In this document: positions 58,409-64,000 of the stretch, piece by piece | Position numbering within the stretch: position 1 is the stretch's first letter | Layout of the letters: each line of letters begins with the position of its first letter | NCBI GenBank assembly: GCA_963666205.1 | Contig: OY762654.1 | Location: forward strand, 1,888,001 to 1,952,000 | From: Synergistales bacterium | GTDB taxonomy: Bacteria; Synergistota; Synergistia; Synergistales; JAFGMB01 | Direction: 5' to 3' | Length of the DNA: 64,000 nt | Notes under the pieces: generated by a model | What the model saw: the letters and a program-made list of their open reading frames with translations, nothing else | Told to the model about the DNA's origin: nothing | Databases searched by the model: none | Made by a program: the position numbers and the translations under genes

Positions 58409-59494
58409 ATGAAGAAAGTTCTAGTTTTCGTTCTAGCAGTCATGTTAGTCGCAGTATCCTCTGTTGCATGGGCCGAGCTTAAGCCTATCCCCGAGGATAA
58501 GATCAAGGCAGCCTATCTTTTTGTAGGGCCCGTTGGAGATCATGGATACACCTATATGCATAATGCCGGGGCCATGGCAGCCCAGGAAGCCCATCCCGGT
58601 ATGACCACCTATACCGCAGAGTCAATTCCTGAGGGAGCAGAAGTGGGAAGGGTAATGCAGCAGTACATAAGGAAGGGTGTAAATGTTATCTTCAGTACAT
58701 CCTATGGTTATATGGATCCATTGCTTGAAGTGGCAAAACAGTATCCGGATCTTTATTTCATGCAGTGCGACCGCTACAAATATGCCGATAATGTGGGCAG
58801 CTATTACGGACGCATGTATGAAGCCTACTATCTTGCAGGTATGGCAGCCGGCAGAATGACAAAAAGCGATGTTCTCGGCTATGTAGGCGCTTTCCCCATT
58901 CCCGATATAATCGGAGAGATCAATGCCTTCATTCTTGGCGCAAGAAAGGTCAATCCGAAAGCCACATTAAAGGTTATATGGCTTTTTTCCTGGTATGACC
59001 CGGCAAAGGAATCAGAGGCAGGTCATGCCCTTATCGATTCCGGTGCTGACGTAATAAATATTCATGTTGATTCTGCCGCCATTGCAAAAATGGCTGAGGA
59101 AAAGGGTGTCTATGTCATAGGATGTAACAGTGACATGAGCAAGTTCGCCCCCACCAAACAGCTTACTGCTCAGGTCTGGAACTGGGGAGTCCTCTACAAC
59201 GAGATCATAGACAGGATAATTGACGGAACCTGGACTACAGAAGAGATCCTTATGGGAATGAAGGAAGGGGCTGTCCAGCTTGCTCCCTTCTCGCCGGAGG
59301 TTCCACAGGATGTGATAGACATTGTTGAAGCGGAGAAAGAGAAGATCATAAGCGGCGAATGTACCGTATTTGACGGTCCTCTCATTGACCAGTCGGGCAA
59401 TGTCGTACTTGAAGAGGGTAAATCTTTAAGTTATAAGGAAATCCACTCCATTCATTATTTCCTGGAAGGTGTGGAGGGGACCATCCCCCAGTAA
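58409..59494 (+). CDS. BMP-family (purine nucleoside-type) ABC substrate-binding protein
   Basis: Signal peptide; GPVGDHGY, TSYGY, INAF.LGA, SWYDP, WNWG. Confidence 0.9.
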   Translation: MKKVLVFVLAVMLVAVSSVAWAELKPIPEDKIKAAYLFVGPVGDHGYTYMHNAGAMAAQEAHPGMTTYTAESIPEGAEVGRVMQQYIRKGVNVIFSTSYGYMDPLLEVAKQYPDLYFMQCDRYKYADNVGSYYGRMYEAYYLAGMAAGRMTKSDVLGYVGAFPIPDIIGEINAFILGARKVNPKATLKVIWLFSWYDPAKESEAGHALIDSGADVINIHVDSAAIAKMAEEKGVYVIGCNSDMSKFAPTKQLTAQVWNWGVLYNEIIDRIIDGTWTTEEILMGMKEGAVQLAPFSPEVPQDVIDIVEAEKEKIISGECTVFDGPLIDQSGNVVLEEGKSLSYKEIHSIHYFLEGVEGTIPQ

Positions 59495-59517
59495 AAGACC
59501 TTTTTCACAGAATCTTG

Positions 59518-59545
59518 AAGCCACCCTCACCCGGGTGGCTTTTTT
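59518..59545 (+). terminator. Intrinsic terminator
   Basis: aagccaccc/gggtggctt plus U-tract. Confidence 0.85.
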
Positions 59546-59628
59546 GTTGCATTGCTGGTTGCTATGTCATATATTTAAAGCATGAAATAACAATTATTGA
59601 TCTCAATAAGCTGTTCAACTGAAAGAGG

Positions 59629-60702
59629 GTGAAAATGATAAAACATTCCAGAAAACCGTCGAAATCAAGGTATGGTCTGCCTCCGGGATCACTTATCCAT
59701 GTTGGCGAGAGAAAGATCGAAGAGGTGGAGATATCCTTCATAGATTACGACGGACAGACCATTAATGAAGAGCAGATAGAGCATATACATGAAGCAGCCC
59801 GTTTTCGGGAAACAGATACAGTGAGCTGGATCAATATCAACGGTCTTCACGAAATAGGAGTACTGGAAAACATAGGTAAGATCTTTGACATACATTCCCT
59901 GGTGCTTGAAGACATTCTGAATACTCAGCAGAGGCCAAAGATCGAGTCTTATGAAGGATACCTGCACATGGTTCTCAAGATGCTGGATTATAATCCTGAT
60001 TCAATGGAGATAGCTTCGGAACAGGTAAGCGTGATACTGAAAAACAATCTTCTTCTATCCTTCCAGGAGCGTCCCGGAGATGTTCTGGATCCCATAAGGG
60101 AGAGGCTTAAAAAGGGTCTTGGAAAGATCAGGAGATCCGGAGCAGATTACCTCGCCTATGCCATAGTGGATGCAATTGTGGACAGGTATTTTTATATCCT
60201 GGAGATGCTGGGCGAAAGGATAGAGATCCTTGAAGAAGCATTACTTGCCGATCCATCAAAGGATTCTGTTAAGGAGATATATAAACTGAAACGCCAGCTT
60301 ATAACCCTGAGGCATGCGGTATGGCCCCTGCGGGAGGCAGTGAATTCTCTTAGAAAAGGTGAAAGTGAGCTTGTTCAGGAAGGAACTCTCATATTTTTTG
60401 GAGACCTCCATGACCATATCATCCAGGTCATTGATACCGTTGAAAATTACCGTGAAATGGTGGCCGGTCTTCTCGACCTCTACCTTTCCTCCGTCAGCAA
60501 CAGGATGAACGAGGTTATGAAGGTCCTGACCATTATTGCTACCTTCTTTATCCCCCTTACTTTTATAGCAGGGATCTATGGTATGAATTTCAAATTCATG
60601 CCGGAACTGGGATGGAAGTGGTCCTATCCTGTCCTTTGGGTGGTCATGATAATTATTGCTGGTTTTATGGGCTCCTGGTTCAGAAAGAAAAAATGGTTAT
60701 GA
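59629..60702 (+). CDS. corA: Magnesium/cobalt transporter CorA
   Basis: GLPPGSL, LEDILN..QRPK, YGMNF..MPEL. Confidence 0.95.
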   Translation: MKMIKHSRKPSKSRYGLPPGSLIHVGERKIEEVEISFIDYDGQTINEEQIEHIHEAARFRETDTVSWININGLHEIGVLENIGKIFDIHSLVLEDILNTQQRPKIESYEGYLHMVLKMLDYNPDSMEIASEQVSVILKNNLLLSFQERPGDVLDPIRERLKKGLGKIRRSGADYLAYAIVDAIVDRYFYILEMLGERIEILEEALLADPSKDSVKEIYKLKRQLITLRHAVWPLREAVNSLRKGESELVQEGTLIFFGDLHDHIIQVIDTVENYREMVAGLLDLYLSSVSNRMNEVMKVLTIIATFFIPLTFIAGIYGMNFKFMPELGWKWSYPVLWVVMIIIAGFMGSWFRKKKWL

Positions 60703-60728
60703 AAAAGAACTGATTCATCCTAGCATGT

Positions 60729-62402
60729 CTAATGTTCAGGCTGTATATCTGAAAGAGCCTGCCTGATGGAGGAGTATTCAACAAGTTTTCCGTACTTTTC
60801 CCTCCAGCCGGCTCTTTCTGCTAAATCCCTTACCGGTCCTTTCATTCCTGCAAAAGCAAAGGAAATGCCATGTTCTCCATATGAGTCGATCACTTCTTCA
60901 AGACCCTTTATTGCCATGGCATCCATGTCATTGACTCCTTCAAAATCCAGCACGATCCATTTCAGATCGCTCCTGGACTTCACTGAACTTTCGAGAAGAT
61001 CTTCGAGAAAATGAAGGTTTGCAAAATAAAGGGATGCGTCGATCCGGATGATAATTACATGATCAAATAGTTCTGCTTCCGGATAGCGCCTTATATTTCT
61101 GAAGATATCTGACTCTTTTATGTAGCCCAGTTCCGCACTATGGGGAGAGGCGCTTCTTTTTATGAACAGAAGGAGAGAGAAGATCACTCCGGTAAGAATT
61201 CCCCAGTCGATGCCTATAAGCAGGGTCGAAGTAAAAGTGACGAGAATGACCCAGCCGTCACTTTTTTTAATACGGTAGATCTCAATTGCTTCCCTGATAT
61301 TGAACAGAGAAGATACTGCTACCAGTATTATTGAAGCCAGTACTGCCTGGGGCAGAAAATGGAATAGGGGTGTGAAAAAAAGCAGGGTCAGCGCAACTAT
61401 CAGAGCTGTGAAGAGAGATGCAAGCTGTGTCCTGGCACCTGACTGAAAATTTACCACTGTTCTCGATAAACCCCCAGTGACAGGATATCCCGAAAAGAAA
61501 GCTCCACAAAGGTTTGCCAGGCCCAGTCCTTTCAATTCCCTGTCAGGATCTATACGGTATTTGCCTTTATGGGCTATTACCTGTGCAATGGCTATCGATT
61601 CCATAAATCCCACAAAAAGCAGGGTCATTGACGTAGGAACGAGTTTGAAGAACGTATGTATGGAATGAACAGGGGGAATGGAAAAATGGGGAAGCCCTGA
61701 TGGAATATCTCCAATTATCCTTATGCCATAATTATCCAGTCGGAATAGGGCAGTTACGACAGTGCCTGTTATGACGGCCAGTATAGCCCATGGAATAGAT
61801 GGAAATCTTTTCTTTCCTGCTACCAGGAAGAGGATAACAGCAATTGCCATAAGCAGGGTAGGGAGATTGCTGTTTCCAAGATTCCGGGCAATTTTCACAG
61901 CAGTATCAAGAGTTGTACCACTTGTCGGAATATTAATGCCCATAAGATGTTTTACCTGGCTGAGGCCTATGATTATTGCCCCTGCAGATGCAAATCCGTT
62001 TACTACTCCATGGGACATGAAATTTACAAGAAAACCGGCCTTGAAATATCCCAGGAAAAACTCTTCAAGCCCTACCATGAGAGTCAGCAGCAGAACGAGA
62101 GAAATATATTCCGGGCTTCCGGGAGGAGCAAACCTTGAACATGCGTTAAAAACTATCAGGGACATCATTGCTACAGGTCCAACTGCCAGGTGTCTGGATG
62201 AGCCGAAAAAGGCATAGATAACCAGGGGGATGGTGGATGCGTAGAGACCGAATACAACAGGAAGACCTGCCAGCATGGCATAGGCCATACCCTGGGGTAT
62301 TAGCATTGCAGCGATCGTAGTTCCGGATACAAGATCAGGAACAAGATCTACTCTCCGGTATCCATGGAATAAAGGAATTCCATTAAATCTTGTTCTGAAC
62401 AT
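60729..62402 (-). CDS. SulP-family anion transporter with STAS domain
   Basis: PQGMAYA, GSSRHL.VGP, GGLSRT, LYFAN. Confidence 0.93.
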   Translation of the reverse strand: MFRTRFNGIPLFHGYRRVDLVPDLVSGTTIAAMLIPQGMAYAMLAGLPVVFGLYASTIPLVIYAFFGSSRHLAVGPVAMMSLIVFNACSRFAPPGSPEYISLVLLLTLMVGLEEFFLGYFKAGFLVNFMSHGVVNGFASAGAIIIGLSQVKHLMGINIPTSGTTLDTAVKIARNLGNSNLPTLLMAIAVILFLVAGKKRFPSIPWAILAVITGTVVTALFRLDNYGIRIIGDIPSGLPHFSIPPVHSIHTFFKLVPTSMTLLFVGFMESIAIAQVIAHKGKYRIDPDRELKGLGLANLCGAFFSGYPVTGGLSRTVVNFQSGARTQLASLFTALIVALTLLFFTPLFHFLPQAVLASIILVAVSSLFNIREAIEIYRIKKSDGWVILVTFTSTLLIGIDWGILTGVIFSLLLFIKRSASPHSAELGYIKESDIFRNIRRYPEAELFDHVIIIRIDASLYFANLHFLEDLLESSVKSRSDLKWIVLDFEGVNDMDAMAIKGLEEVIDSYGEHGISFAFAGMKGPVRDLAERAGWREKYGKLVEYSSIRQALSDIQPEH

Positions 62403-62619
62403 TATCTGCCTTTCCTGTTTCTTTATTTTAACCATTCAGGAATAACGAGTGGATGCTGATCTTTGTCCAGATCGTTCTCAATACATTATTTCTACTCCAG
62501 TTTACATCTATCACATCAGAATTGCATTCATCTATCATGAATCCTGGAGAATATTTTTCTGTAGGCATTTTGTCCCGGTCTTGAGTTCAGGGGAAATCAT
62601 ATATGTTTTTAAGTTGAAT

Positions 62620-62663
62620 ATTATGACTCAGTAATATCAACACTTGTCACCAAAAGGTGACAA
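62620..62663 (+). promoter_or_regulatory. FapR-like box and a second palindrome upstream of fabH
   Basis: ATTATGACTCAGTAATAT (62620-62637); TTGTCACC-AAAA-GGTGACAA (62644-62663). Confidence 0.5.
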
Positions 62664-62697
62664 TGAGATAATTCATTGGTTGTTTTAATTAGGAGGA

Positions 62698-63723
62698 TTG
62701 AGTATGAGAGTTACAAATATAGGAATTGCCGGCGTTGCCTGTTATCTGCCGGAGGAGTGTCTATGTAACGAGAAGCTTGTAGAAGAGTTTGGCACATGGA
62801 CTCCCGAAAAGATATACCACAAGACGGGTATAAGGGAGAGACGGATCGCAAAAAAAGAACTCGTATCGGACATGGCTACAGGTGCAGCTGAAAATCTTTT
62901 TGAAAGATATCATATATCAAGAGAAGAGATCGACATGCTGATCCTGTGTACTGAAACGCCAGACTATCTCATGCCTGCGACTGCCTGTATAGTTCATGAC
63001 CGTCTGGGTTTGAGGAAGAATAGCGGTGCTTTTGATTATAACCTGGGATGTTCGGGATATGTCTATGGACTCGCCCTGGCCAAATCTCTTATAGCAGGAA
63101 ATATTGCATGCAATGTGCTTCTTATCACCGCTGATGTACTTACCCGCTTTATCAATCCGGGTGATAAAAGCACAAGGACCATTTTTGGTGATGCTGCAAC
63201 TGCAACCCTTGTAACTGGGTCAGGGGCATCATCAGGCTCAATTGGAGAGTTTGTAATGGGTACTGACGGCAGCGGAGCCCCGAATCTGATCATTCCTGCA
63301 GGGGGAATGGCTCTCCCGAGATCTGCAGAGACGGCTGATGAGAGAAAGAACCGATTCGGGAACATCAGATCAAAGGACAATTTCTACATGAATGGACCCG
63401 AGGTTCTGCAGTTTTCAATGAGAGAGGTTCCAGTTGCTGTAAATGATGTTCTGGGAAAAAATGGGATCAGCATGGATAATGTTGATCTTTTTATTTTTCA
63501 CCAGGCAACAAGACTGATGCTTGAACATCTGCGGACAGAGCTGGAAATCCCCGAGGAAAAGTTTTATATGAATATGGAAAAACTTGGAAATACCGTAAGT
63601 TCAACTATACCCCTCGCTCTTGAGCAGGCCGAAAGGGAAGGTATCCTTGAAAAGTGCAAGAAGGTTATGCTTGTAGGTTTTGGAGTTGGTTATTCCTGGG
63701 GAGCTACTATCATAGACTGGTAA
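62698..63723 (+). CDS. fabH: 3-oxoacyl-ACP synthase III (FabH family)
   Basis: TGIRERR, NLGCSG, FGDAA, MNGPEV, HQA, GNTVS, GFGVG (Cys-His-Asn triad). Confidence 0.85.
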   Translation: MSMRVTNIGIAGVACYLPEECLCNEKLVEEFGTWTPEKIYHKTGIRERRIAKKELVSDMATGAAENLFERYHISREEIDMLILCTETPDYLMPATACIVHDRLGLRKNSGAFDYNLGCSGYVYGLALAKSLIAGNIACNVLLITADVLTRFINPGDKSTRTIFGDAATATLVTGSGASSGSIGEFVMGTDGSGAPNLIIPAGGMALPRSAETADERKNRFGNIRSKDNFYMNGPEVLQFSMREVPVAVNDVLGKNGISMDNVDLFIFHQATRLMLEHLRTELEIPEEKFYMNMEKLGNTVSSTIPLALEQAEREGILEKCKKVMLVGFGVGYSWGATIIDW

Positions 63724-63757
63724 ACTGAAGGAGAAAGGGGATACTGGAGGTATTCAT

Positions 63758-64000
63758 ATGGCAGGGAAGACCATTGATCAGCTTAACATAGGGGATAAGG
63801 CATTCTTTGAAAAAACGGTGTCTGAATCAGACGTGTATCTCTTTGCCGGAATAACAGGAGACTTTAATCCAGCCCATGTAAATGAAGTAGAGGCTTCAGG
63901 TTCCATATTTCAGGGCAGGATCGCCCACGGCATGCTGGTAGCCAGTTTCCTTTCTACAGTTGTAGGTATGTATCTCCCTGGTCCGGGAACGATCCTTGTA
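63758..64000 (+). CDS. MaoC/PhaJ-family (R)-enoyl hydratase/dehydratase (3'-truncated by window edge)
   Basis: MAGKTIDQLNIGD...FAGITGDFNPAH...RIAHGML..LPGPG after GGAGG; absent from the ORF track. Confidence 0.88.
   Translation, partial: MAGKTIDQLNIGDKAFFEKTVSESDVYLFAGITGDFNPAHVNEVEASGSIFQGRIAHGMLVASFLSTVVGMYLPGPGTILV

Noticed and set aside
57249..58409. 386-aa ORF antisense to guaD
   Set aside because: No motifs; it is the reverse-strand shadow of a well-conserved gene
1..64000. CRISPR arrays, tRNA/rRNA, prophage, IS elements, defence systems
   Set aside because: No spaced repeats, RNA-gene signatures, integrase, transposase or defence-type domains seen by eye

Overview
Gene-dense bacterial chromosomal segment. 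A Synergist-CTERM-like sorting signal and the amino-acid-fermentation gene content point to an anaerobic Synergistota-type organism (inference). Content is mostly peptide and amino-acid catabolism and transport: PepV, PepT, ArgE-like and other M20 enzymes, DmpA, a BrnQ-family carrier, a DAACS carrier behind an amino-acid-sensing two-component system, cyclodeaminase plus Thr/Ser dehydratase, OTC-carbamate kinase-lysine aminotransferase, a racemase and kynureninase. Also present are purine salvage genes, an arsR-arsF-arsG-acr3 operon, tandem cold-shock genes, two CdaR paralogues, corA, sulP and the start of a fabH-maoC operon. I saw no rRNA, tRNA, CRISPR array, integrase or transposase. Most notable observations: (1) an archaeal/plant-type DTD2 D-aminoacyl-tRNA deacylase divergent from a D-aminopeptidase; (2) an arcB-arcC-lat operon with no arginine deiminase; (3) a surface-protein gene interrupted by in-frame TGA-GGC-TGA followed by a SECIS-like hairpin; (4) three genes that apparently start at CTG or ATT; (5) an unannotated 27-aa membrane peptide; (6) several very long operator palindromes; (7) a conserved 3' hairpin behind both csp genes. 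All calls come from motif recognition by eye; no database search was run.
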